This document shows positions 9,754 through 18,141 of a stretch of DNA of 32,000 nt, one piece after another. A model generated the notes under the pieces. The model ran no database searches, was not told where the DNA came from, and was given only the letters and a program-made list of their open reading frames with translations. This DNA comes from Candidatus Saganbacteria bacterium (GTDB lineage Bacteria; Margulisbacteria; WOR-1; JAKLHX01): positions 65,284 through 97,283 of the forward strand of contig JAPLKZ010000007.1 in the NCBI GenBank assembly GCA_026387835.1, written 5' to 3'. A program made the translations under genes and the position numbers. How positions within the stretch are numbered: the first letter of the stretch is position 1; each line of letters opens with the position of its first letter.

Positions 9754-10397
9754 CAAGAACCAAGGCCATAATATTTGATTTTGACGGGGTGATCGTTGAA
9801 TCAATGGATATAAAAGCCGATGGATTCGCTTTTCTATTTAAGGATTATCCTGATAAGACAGATAAGATCGTTAGATTTCACCTTGACCATGGGGGGATGG
9901 GGAGGATGGAAAAGTTCGAACGGATATATAGAGATTTCCTGGGTCAAAATATTACAGAAACAGAAAAGGTGATCTTAAGCAAAAAACTCACAGAATTCGC
10001 ATATGAAAAAGTCGTGAAATGTCCGTTTGTCGCAGGGGCGAAGGAATTTCTTGAAAAACACAAAGATGACTTTCTCATGTTTGTCGTGTCCGGAACACCC
10101 GATAGTGAGATTAAGAAAATTGCAGGAAAAAGGAAACTTTCCGGATATTTCAAGGAAGTGCTGGGATCACCCAAGAAAAAGACCGAGCTTAACGGGTATA
10201 TTCTTAAAAAATATGATCTAAAGCCTGAGGAAACTGTTTTTATCGGGGATTCGATCGACGATTATATCGGGGTAAAAGACCTGGGGATAAGGTTTATAGG
10301 TAGGATCGACAAAGAAGATCCGTTCAAGGGTCTTGAGATCGAAAGCAGGATAAAAGATCTTTCTGAACTTGAAAGCATGGTGGGTAAAAATGTATAG
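9750..10397 (+). CDS. HAD-superfamily hydrolase, phosphoglycolate-phosphatase / beta-PGM type
   Basis: IIFDFDGVIVESMDIKADGF, FVVSGTPDSEI, TVFIGDSIDDYIGVKDLGI. Confidence 0.88.
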   Translation: MTRTKAIIFDFDGVIVESMDIKADGFAFLFKDYPDKTDKIVRFHLDHGGMGRMEKFERIYRDFLGQNITETEKVILSKKLTEFAYEKVVKCPFVAGAKEFLEKHKDDFLMFVVSGTPDSEIKKIAGKRKLSGYFKEVLGSPKKKTELNGYILKKYDLKPEETVFIGDSIDDYIGVKDLGIRFIGRIDKEDPFKGLEIESRIKDLSELESMVGKNV

Positions 10398-11043
10398 ATT
10401 GCTGTCGTATCCTTTAAATGAAAAGACCCCCATGTATGGCGATACAAGGCCTGTAATGATCGAGCCATGCAAGCAGATCAGCAGGGGTGATGATTGTGAT
10501 ACGGCTTACGTTACTTTTTCAAACCACAGCGGAACACACATCGATGCCCCAAAGCATTTCCATGCCAAGGGCAGGTCTTTAAGCCAGTTTGGTGCAGAGG
10601 AATTTATTTTTGAAAGACCGCGCATGATGGATTGTCCGAAAAATGAAGACAAACTGGTCATGCCGGATGACATAAAGGACTCGGCCGGCTGTGACCTGCT
10701 GCTGATAAGGACCGGATTTTTTAAATTCAGGGGAAGCGAAAAATATCGGTTGAACAATCCGGGAATTTCAGCAGATGCAGCCCTGTGGATCAGGGAAAAA
10801 TGTCCCGGTATCCGCGCCGTCGGTATCGATACGATATCGATAACTGCTTTTCAAAAAAGGCCGGAAGGAAAGCGAGCGCACCATACTTTCCTTGATCCTG
10901 ATGCAAAAACCGGCAAACCTGTGCTCCTGATAGAAGATATGGATTTGAGCGGCGATCTTGCCGGCCTTAAAAAGGTATTCACGGTACCACTTTATTTTGA
11001 AGGTGTTGACAGCATGCCGTGCACGGTCATAGGGGAATTTTGA
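10390..11043 (+). CDS. Cyclase family / KynB-like metal-dependent hydrolase
   Basis: SNHSGTHIDAPKHFHAKG matches the HxGTHxDxPxH signature. The MYRLLSYPL start at 10390 is preferred over 10369. Confidence 0.82.
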   Translation: MYRLLSYPLNEKTPMYGDTRPVMIEPCKQISRGDDCDTAYVTFSNHSGTHIDAPKHFHAKGRSLSQFGAEEFIFERPRMMDCPKNEDKLVMPDDIKDSAGCDLLLIRTGFFKFRGSEKYRLNNPGISADAALWIREKCPGIRAVGIDTISITAFQKRPEGKRAHHTFLDPDAKTGKPVLLIEDMDLSGDLAGLKKVFTVPLYFEGVDSMPCTVIGEF

Positions 11044-11131
11044 TTACGGCAATCAGAAAGAAGGTAATTAGCACTGCTTTACTGATGAGACAAGGTATTA
11101 TCAAGAAAGGAGTTTTTGAAATCAGAAAATA

Positions 11132-12262
11132 ATGAACAAACCTTACGGAGGAAAACTGATCGACAGATACGACCTCCCGGTGAAAACCCCGGCATATGAT
11201 CATGAGGTCACTGTGTCTGATGTTGTGGTGTCTGACCTGTATAATATCGCGGACGGTGTTTTCAGCCCGCTTGAAGGGTTTATGACGGCTAAAGAATTTA
11301 ACAGTGTAGTAATGAAGGGTGTTTTTCGCGATCTTCCATGGACGATACCAATACTTATTGATGTTGACAAGGCGGAAGCCATTGCGGCAGGAAGATCAAA
11401 ACTGGTAGGAATTCGAAATAAAGAAGGCAAACTATTTGCGTCAGTTGAGGTCGAGGATGTCTATGCGCACAATAAAGAACTTCATGCAGAAAAAGTCTTC
11501 GGAACAAATGACAAAAAACACCCCGGGGTAAACTTTGTCCATAACATGAAAGAGTACCTGATCGGCGGAAAGATACTTGTCCACAAGAGGGCCCGACATT
11601 TTGGCAGTTATATGTCTCCGAGACAGACGAGAACGATGTTCGAAAAACTCGATCTTAAAACCATTGCGGGTTTTCAGACAAGAAATGTACTTCACAGAGC
11701 CCACGAATATCTCCAGAGATGCGCTCTGGAGCTGGTGGACGGCCTTTTTCTTCAGCCGATAGTAGGGTGGAAAAAACCGGGCGATTTTACCGCGGAAGCC
11801 GTAATAAAAGCCTACAGAGAATTCATAAAAGATTATTATCCGAGAAAGCGCATCGTTCTTGGCACTTTAAAGACAGCAATGCGCTATGCCGGACCTAAAG
11901 AAGCTGTGTTTCACGCGATCATAAGAAAAAACTTCGGCTGTACCCATTTTATCGTCGGCCGGGATCACGCGGGTGTTGGAGGGTACTACGGCAAATACGA
12001 GGCGCACGATATATTCGACAGGATAAGGGATCTTGGGATCACAATCTTGAGGTTCAAAGAGCCTCTTTACTGCAGTAAATGTGACCTTATAGTCACAGAA
12101 AAGACCTGCGGCCATAATAAAAAATATCACCAGGAAATAAGCGGGACTCTCGTAAGAAGCATCATCAAGAAGGGGGATCAGCCGAAGCACAAGATCTTCA
12201 GGCCTGAGGTTTACGACGTCCTGGTAAGAGAATTTAAGGCGCATCACCTTTTTTATGAATAG
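11132..12262 (+). CDS. sat: Sulfate adenylyltransferase (ATP sulfurylase)
   Basis: N-terminal PYGGKLIDR, FQTRNVLHRAHEYLQR, FIVGRDHAGVGGYYG, ISGTLVRSIIKKG. Confidence 0.9.
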   Translation: MNKPYGGKLIDRYDLPVKTPAYDHEVTVSDVVVSDLYNIADGVFSPLEGFMTAKEFNSVVMKGVFRDLPWTIPILIDVDKAEAIAAGRSKLVGIRNKEGKLFASVEVEDVYAHNKELHAEKVFGTNDKKHPGVNFVHNMKEYLIGGKILVHKRARHFGSYMSPRQTRTMFEKLDLKTIAGFQTRNVLHRAHEYLQRCALELVDGLFLQPIVGWKKPGDFTAEAVIKAYREFIKDYYPRKRIVLGTLKTAMRYAGPKEAVFHAIIRKNFGCTHFIVGRDHAGVGGYYGKYEAHDIFDRIRDLGITILRFKEPLYCSKCDLIVTEKTCGHNKKYHQEISGTLVRSIIKKGDQPKHKIFRPEVYDVLVREFKAHHLFYE

Positions 12263-12271
12263 GAGCAAATA

Positions 12272-13696
12272 ATGGATAAGACAAAGATAGTCTGCACTAT
12301 TGGCCCGGCTTCGTGTGACAGGAAAACACTGGAAAAACTTGCGAAAGCCGGGATGAATGTTGCCAGACTGAACGGCTCTCATAACACTCTTGATTGGCAT
12401 GAAAAATCAATTAAACTTATAAGATCGGTCGACAAGAACATCCCGATCCTTCTGGATTTGCCGGGAAGAAAAATCAGGACTGCTAAATTTAAGCATACCT
12501 ACAAGCTTAAAAATGGAAAGACAATAATATTTACTTCGGTAAAAGGGTATAAAAGTTCCGATAAAGTGGCTGTAAATTACAGCGGTCTGCACAGGGACCT
12601 TAAGAGAGGGAATATTATCCTAGCCGATGACGGGACGTTGAAATTCAGGGTTGTCGAGGTAAAAGGCACGAACGTGTTCTGCAGGATACTCACCGACGGG
12701 GAACTCAAAGGCGGCAAGGGGTTGAATGTCCCGTACGTCAAGGTCAATACGCCTCTTATAACTGAAGATGATAAAAGACTCATTAAGTTCGCGATAAAGA
12801 ACAAAGTTGATTGGGTGGGGCTGTCGTTTGTCGAAAACGGCGAACATGTAAGAAAAGTGAAAAAACTTCTGGGAAACAGCGGAATAGGGGTGATAGCAAA
12901 GACAGAGAACAAGTTCGGCATAGACAATATAGAAAGTATCCTGAAAGAATCGGACGGGATCCTAATAGACCGAGGAGACCTGGGTGCCGAGACTTCTATT
13001 GCCAATATAGGGGTGATCCAGAAGAAAGCGATCATAGCGGCGAACAGCAGCGGCAGGCCGGTCATAGTAGCGACGGAGATGCTCCATTCCATGATAGAAA
13101 AACGACAGCCCACAAAAGCAGAGGTTACGGACATAACGAATTCTATAATGGACGGCGCCTCGGCAATAATGTTGTCCGGGGAGACAGCCGTGGGGATAGA
13201 CCCGGTCAATACGGTAAAGGTCATGCGCTCCGTGGCGGACGAAGCAGAAAAATACTTTTCAAGATCCGCAGTCATAGATTCATCGATGACCCAAAAGACA
13301 ATACCCAGCGCAATAGGTAAAAGTATATATGAGATATCAAAAGAGATGCCGATAGACAAGGTTGTCTGTATAACCTTGTCGGGTTATGCCGCAAGGATGA
13401 TAAGCAGGTACAAGCTTGACCAGATGATACTGGCGGTAACGGACAAGATCGAAAAGGCAAGAAAATTCAATCTTTTGTGGGGAGTAACGGGCATTTGCCT
13501 CGGCATTAATTTTGTCAGCAAGGATTATTCGCATATCATCGAGAGCGCAAAACAGCTTTGGAAAGAGGGTTTCCTGAAAAAAGATGACCTGGTAGTGTTT
13601 ACCGCGGTCATACTACCTTATAGGAATGCAAAGATGAACTATCTCCAGATACATAAGATGAGCGATCTGATCGCGCTGTTCAAGTGGGGCAATTGA
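12272..13696 (+). CDS. Pyruvate kinase-like protein (divergent)
   Basis: KTKIVCTIGPAS, GMNVARLNGSHNT, LDLPGRKIRT, KTENKFGIDNIESIL, DRGDLGAE, VATEMLHSMIEKRQPTKAEVTDI, MLSGETAVG. Confidence 0.85.
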   Translation: MDKTKIVCTIGPASCDRKTLEKLAKAGMNVARLNGSHNTLDWHEKSIKLIRSVDKNIPILLDLPGRKIRTAKFKHTYKLKNGKTIIFTSVKGYKSSDKVAVNYSGLHRDLKRGNIILADDGTLKFRVVEVKGTNVFCRILTDGELKGGKGLNVPYVKVNTPLITEDDKRLIKFAIKNKVDWVGLSFVENGEHVRKVKKLLGNSGIGVIAKTENKFGIDNIESILKESDGILIDRGDLGAETSIANIGVIQKKAIIAANSSGRPVIVATEMLHSMIEKRQPTKAEVTDITNSIMDGASAIMLSGETAVGIDPVNTVKVMRSVADEAEKYFSRSAVIDSSMTQKTIPSAIGKSIYEISKEMPIDKVVCITLSGYAARMISRYKLDQMILAVTDKIEKARKFNLLWGVTGICLGINFVSKDYSHIIESAKQLWKEGFLKKDDLVVFTAVILPYRNAKMNYLQIHKMSDLIALFKWGN

Positions 13697-13700
13697 TCTC

Positions 13701-14969
13701 ATGCCTATTCCAGTAATATCAACGCTTACAAACCATGAGCTGACGAGGTTCTTTTTCGCCATCGTGCTTTTGTTGAGCTTCGCAAATATTTTCGGTTATA
13801 TTTTCCATAAGTTCAAAATGCCCAGGGTGATCGGTGAAATCTTCGGGGGAATAGTCCTCGGACCGTCTATTATGGGTGCTGTTTTTCCGGGTTTCTTTAC
13901 AGTAATATTTGATGCTTTTCCTTCGGAAGGGAAGCTTCTATCGGTCATGTACTGGTTCGGTCTTGTGCTGTTGATGTTCGTCTCCGGTTATGAGATACCC
14001 AGGGTATTTGAGAAAAAGGACAGGAACCTGATATCCGCCATACTTATCGGTTCCACTGTCATCCCGTTCACCGCAGGGTGGCTGTTCACATATGCTGCTG
14101 ATATGCCATCACTCATGGGTTACGCTCAGAACGCTTTGGCTTTCAGGATAGTGATGGGGATAGCGGTAGCCGTGACGTCCATCCCGGTCATATCGAAGAT
14201 CTTTCTGGACCTTGACATAATAAAGACCGGATTTGCAAAGATAGTGCTGACCGCTTCTACCGCGCATGATCTGATATTGTGGATAGCCCTTGCCGTGGCA
14301 ACCGGACTTGTGAGTTCAAAAGATCTATCGGTATCAGGAATAGCCATGACAGTAGCCGTTACGCTGGTGTTCTTTGTCCTCGGAGCCGCCTTTGTCCCGA
14401 GGATCGTAGCCGCGGGCAACAAGATGAGGGCTAACCTGCTGATAAAATCATCGGTGTTCGGTTATACGCTGTTCATCTGCTTCCTTTTTTCAGCGATAGC
14501 AAGCCTTCTCAACGTCAATATAGTCTTTGGTGCGTTCCTGGCAGGCATCATAATTGGGACAGTTCCGGGAGACGAGTTTGAAAATGCGAGGAAAAGCATA
14601 AAGGAGAACGCTCTTTCGTTCTTTGTGCCCGTGTATTTTGCCATAGTCGGCATCAGGCTTAATTTCATCAGCCAGTTCGATCCCAAGTTCTTTATCTTGT
14701 TCATGCTGGTGGCGCTGGCAGCGCAGGCAGTCGGTACCTTGCTGGCTACGGCAGTGATGAGAAAAGATATCTTCACGGGATTCAATTATGCTGTTGCGAT
14801 GAACACCAGGGGAGGTCCCGGGATAGTCCTGGCTTCCGTCGCGTATGAACTGGGCATCATAAACGGTTCCTTCTTCACTTCGATAGTGACGCTTTCCGTT
14901 TTGACCGCGCTGCTTGCAGGAGTATGGTTCAAGTATGTTCTTTCAAAAGGATGGGAGCTTGCTTCATGA
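13701..14969 (+). CDS. CPA-type cation/proton (Na+/H+ or K+/H+) antiporter, membrane protein
   Basis: About 12 hydrophobic segments; FKMPRVIGEIFGGIVLGPSIMG, AVTSIPVISKIFLDL, NTRGGPGIVLASVAYELGIING. Confidence 0.87.
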   Translation: MPIPVISTLTNHELTRFFFAIVLLLSFANIFGYIFHKFKMPRVIGEIFGGIVLGPSIMGAVFPGFFTVIFDAFPSEGKLLSVMYWFGLVLLMFVSGYEIPRVFEKKDRNLISAILIGSTVIPFTAGWLFTYAADMPSLMGYAQNALAFRIVMGIAVAVTSIPVISKIFLDLDIIKTGFAKIVLTASTAHDLILWIALAVATGLVSSKDLSVSGIAMTVAVTLVFFVLGAAFVPRIVAAGNKMRANLLIKSSVFGYTLFICFLFSAIASLLNVNIVFGAFLAGIIIGTVPGDEFENARKSIKENALSFFVPVYFAIVGIRLNFISQFDPKFFILFMLVALAAQAVGTLLATAVMRKDIFTGFNYAVAMNTRGGPGIVLASVAYELGIINGSFFTSIVTLSVLTALLAGVWFKYVLSKGWELAS

Positions 14970-16177
14970 GCAAAATAAAAACAATATTAAGTCTCATTTT
15001 TTATACCATGGTCTGCATGGTCATGTTTTTAGCCTATTTTCTGTTAGGATTGGTCCCACGCAGAAAAGATATAGTGGTGTTCGGGAGCTGGGAAGGCAAA
15101 AAGTTTTGTGACAACGCGAAATATCTTTTCTTATACATAGCAAAGAACTGTAAGGAATATAGACCTGTATGGATTAGCCGCAATAATAAGATCATCTCAG
15201 ACCTGAGGGCGCAGGGTTTTGAGGCGTTCCATGCAAGAAGCCTGAAAGGATCCTGGTTCTGCTGGCGTGCGAAGTTCATATTTATTACACACAGCCTGAC
15301 GTATGATGTAAATCCTGTGGTGACACGGGGAGCTGTGATATTAGACCTTTTTCATGCTACATTGCCCATTAAAAAAATGGGCTACGATGTGACACAGGAA
15401 TGTCCCCTGTTAAAAAGAGCAATTAATTTCTTGTCAACGCCTTTTGAATATATAAAAGCCGATTACGCATTCAGCCCGTCTAAGAACATATCTCCAATCC
15501 TGAGCACCGCATTGCGGGTGAAAACGGCTAATATCAAAGTAACGGGATTGCCGAGAAGCGATTATATGCTGCAAGTCAATGATCAGGAATCAAATAAAGA
15601 CTATTACAAAATATTTAAAGGCAGAAAGTTTAAGAATATGATCTATTACATTCCGACTTTTAGGAGCCGAAAGGAGTTCGATTTATTTCATTACGGCTTT
15701 AGTGAGGCCCAAATAAATGATCTTCTGGAAAAAACAGACAGCGTTCTTCTGATACGTTTCCATCCTTTTGATTCTGACAAGTACAAGGATATAGCGCAAA
15801 ATAAAGAAAGAATATTCTTTGATAATACCGATGACCTGTATCCCCTTCTCAAAAAAGCGGATATACTGATCACAGACTATTCCAGCATTTGCTTTGATTA
15901 CCTGCTTATGGATAAACCCATAGTCTTTGCAAATTTCGATTATGCCGATTATCTAAAAGAGCGGCCGTTATATTGCGACTATGCGAAAATCACACCCGGA
16001 GTAAAAGCAGAAAATTGGCCGGATTTAGTTAAAAGCCTGGAATTAATTTTGATTTCCGGCCAAGATCAATTTATTAAGGAGCGTGAAATAATGAAACAAT
16101 ATGTGTATGACTATCTTGATCAAAATGCATGCGCCAGGATCGCACGATTTTTTAGAAGCTTACAAGGGGAACAATAA
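14966..16177 (+). CDS. CDP-glycerol glycerophosphotransferase family protein
   Basis: N-terminal membrane segment, VVFGSWEGKKFCDNAKYLFLY, IYYIPTFRSRKEF, LLIRFHPFD, DILITDYSSICFDYLLMDKPIVFANFDYADY. Confidence 0.88.
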   Translation: MSKIKTILSLIFYTMVCMVMFLAYFLLGLVPRRKDIVVFGSWEGKKFCDNAKYLFLYIAKNCKEYRPVWISRNNKIISDLRAQGFEAFHARSLKGSWFCWRAKFIFITHSLTYDVNPVVTRGAVILDLFHATLPIKKMGYDVTQECPLLKRAINFLSTPFEYIKADYAFSPSKNISPILSTALRVKTANIKVTGLPRSDYMLQVNDQESNKDYYKIFKGRKFKNMIYYIPTFRSRKEFDLFHYGFSEAQINDLLEKTDSVLLIRFHPFDSDKYKDIAQNKERIFFDNTDDLYPLLKKADILITDYSSICFDYLLMDKPIVFANFDYADYLKERPLYCDYAKITPGVKAENWPDLVKSLELILISGQDQFIKEREIMKQYVYDYLDQNACARIARFFRSLQGEQ

Positions 16178-16989
16178 TGATCACATCCTTATATTCAGAT
16201 GCACATCTCAAGGAGGCAAAGGAGCTGTTCCCTGATAAGGTCGGTGATCCCAACTGGCTTAATTCGCAGTGGACGACAGAGGAAATAAATATGTGCAAAG
16301 AACTCTCCTTGCACAAAACTATTTATGCAATGAATATGAATGAATATGAACAGTATATGGGGATAGATCCTCCATCCATGCGACAACAAGCCATAGCCGA
16401 AATCATTACCAAAAACTTTCCAAATAAAAACATAAAAGTACTGTCTATCGGATGCGGTTATGGTGATAAAGAGCTGTATCTGGCAAGGAAGGGCTATGCA
16501 GTTACTGCCTTCGACGTTTCGCCGGTCATGGACTTTTTGCGTGAAAGATATTCCGGTGAGGTGGATTTTACCACTTCTCTTGATGCCAGAAACATGCCAT
16601 TTGTCCCGGAGAGCTTTGATCTGGTCTTAGTGCTGAATATGATTTATGCCATCCCAAATGAGGATTTGCCCGGATTATTTTCTAATATTAATATGATCAT
16701 AAAGAAAGGCGGGGGGTTTATTCTTAGCTCGTCAGCAACAATTGGATTTAGAGAAAAGATAAAAATATTGGCGAAAAAACTATTCGGGAAAAAAGCTTCT
16801 TCTCGAAAACCCGACGGGTGGAAACAGACCGGTTGGAAGAGGGATCGCCGGGAAATGGAACGATATTTGCCTTTCAATGATTTCAAACAAATCCGATATG
16901 ACGGCTCTGTCTGTCGCGATCTGAGTGCTAAGAGAGTGTTCTCAAAAGACCCATATTATGACTTTTGGGTAGCGAAAGGGAAGAAGTAG
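16177..16989 (+). CDS. Class I SAM-dependent methyltransferase
   Basis: KVLSIGCGYGDKELYLARKGYAVTAFDVS; DLVLVLNMIYAIPNED. Confidence 0.78.
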   Translation: MITSLYSDAHLKEAKELFPDKVGDPNWLNSQWTTEEINMCKELSLHKTIYAMNMNEYEQYMGIDPPSMRQQAIAEIITKNFPNKNIKVLSIGCGYGDKELYLARKGYAVTAFDVSPVMDFLRERYSGEVDFTTSLDARNMPFVPESFDLVLVLNMIYAIPNEDLPGLFSNINMIIKKGGGFILSSSATIGFREKIKILAKKLFGKKASSRKPDGWKQTGWKRDRREMERYLPFNDFKQIRYDGSVCRDLSAKRVFSKDPYYDFWVAKGKK

Positions 16990-18131
16990 TGCCTATAAAA
17001 GTATTCTATGACGGCTATTATTTTTCCAGGGAAACGTACGGCGGCATATCAAGAATGTGGGAGAATATACTTTCAGGTCTTCTCTCGGAAGATTCTTTTG
17101 AATGTGTTATTCTCTCTGACAACCCGTGTAATGAAGCGTTTAAAAAAATATCCGCAAAAGGCAAAGGAAAAAATAATCTGAGGCACATCTTTCAGCCGGT
17201 CTTAAGACCCCGCAGAATATTTGATAATATCCGGTTGCGCGGCCTCATACTTGATCTGGCTGCGTTAAGAAACGGCATCTTCCGCGACTATATTTTCCAT
17301 TCAACGCTTAACACTCTGCCGATGTTCACTTTTAAGAACAGGATAGTTACTACTGTGCATGATCTCAATTTTCAGCTTTTCCCGGAGTTGTTGGGAGGCT
17401 CTGCAGGGCATAAGAACTTTGTCCTTTCGGATAAATTGACAATAGAAAGGTCAAAAAAGCTTATTGCAGTGTCGCAAACCACAAAGAGCGATATTTTAAA
17501 ACTGTTTAAAGGCGTTGATCCGGATAAGATCGATGTGATATACCACGGTTTAAACAGCAAATATCTCGATCAGGAGATCATCGGCAATAAAACCGATATA
17601 AAATATTTTCTTTTTGTCGGCGGCAGGAACCTGTACAAAAATTATCCTTTGCTGCTTAGAACATTTGGGAAGCTCTATAAAAAATATAACGGCATTAAAC
17701 TTATTACTGTCGGTCCTGATACCGGAAATAAAGACAAGCAGCTTGAAGAAGGAATAATAAGAGAAAACAAGCTTGAAGATGCTGTTGTTGACAAAGGATA
17801 TCTTTCGGATGAAGAGCTGATACGTCTTTACAAGGGTGCTACCGCCCTTGTTTTTCCGAGCCTGTACGAAGGCTTTGGCTTTCCTCTGCTGGAAGCTATG
17901 TCCTGTGGTTGTCCGGTCATTGCTTCTGATATCCCTGTTTTTAGGGAAATTGGGAAAGATAATGTTGAATATTTTGATCCGAAAAGTCCGGACGAACTGT
18001 TCAGGAAAATGGAAAACCGCCTGGCGGCATTTGCCGAGCCTTCCAGGATAAAGAATGCACACGCTTACGCGAACACTTTCAGATGGGAAACGGCTGTCAA
18101 AAAGACGATGGAAGTTTACAAAAAGATCTAG
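16989..18131 (+). CDS. Glycosyltransferase family 4
   Basis: Possible GTG start at 16989 (VPIKVFYDGYYFSRETYGGISRMWENI); STLNTLPMFTFKNRIVTTVHDLN, LFVGGRNLYKNYPLLL, ALVFPSLYEGFGFPLLEAMSCGCPVIASDI. Confidence 0.88.
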   Translation: MPIKVFYDGYYFSRETYGGISRMWENILSGLLSEDSFECVILSDNPCNEAFKKISAKGKGKNNLRHIFQPVLRPRRIFDNIRLRGLILDLAALRNGIFRDYIFHSTLNTLPMFTFKNRIVTTVHDLNFQLFPELLGGSAGHKNFVLSDKLTIERSKKLIAVSQTTKSDILKLFKGVDPDKIDVIYHGLNSKYLDQEIIGNKTDIKYFLFVGGRNLYKNYPLLLRTFGKLYKKYNGIKLITVGPDTGNKDKQLEEGIIRENKLEDAVVDKGYLSDEELIRLYKGATALVFPSLYEGFGFPLLEAMSCGCPVIASDIPVFREIGKDNVEYFDPKSPDELFRKMENRLAAFAEPSRIKNAHAYANTFRWETAVKKTMEVYKKI

Positions 18132-18141
18132 GAGGGAAACC

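Noticed and set aside
11867-12400. 177-aa minus-strand ORF spanning the sat/pyk-like junction
   Set aside because: Antisense to two well-supported genes; no recognised family.
12811-13320. 169-aa plus-strand ORF (MGGAVVCRKRRTCKKSEKTSGK...)
   Set aside because: Out-of-frame shadow inside 12272..13696; the Arg/Gly-rich composition is typical of a wrong frame.
12577-13359. 260-aa minus-strand ORF opposite the pyruvate-kinase-like gene
   Set aside because: It is antisense to a gene with strong family motifs, low-complexity and Ser/Pro/Phe-rich as expected of a mirror ORF, and matches no recognised domain.
12272-13696. PEP mutase / phosphonate biosynthesis explanation
   Set aside because: I looked for PepM-like EDKxxxKxNS motifs in this gene and the aldolase; neither has them, and no phosphonopyruvate decarboxylase is visible.
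2829-13696. Plain Kdo biosynthesis (kdsA-kdsC-kdsB) operon
   Set aside because: There is no KdsA-like DAHP-synthase-fold gene, the phosphatase is of the larger capped HAD type rather than KdsC-like, and the cytidylyltransferase deviates from KdsB in substrate-side motifs.
14914-15111. 65-aa plus-strand ORF at the antiporter/transferase boundary
   Set aside because: Overlaps two strong genes out of frame.
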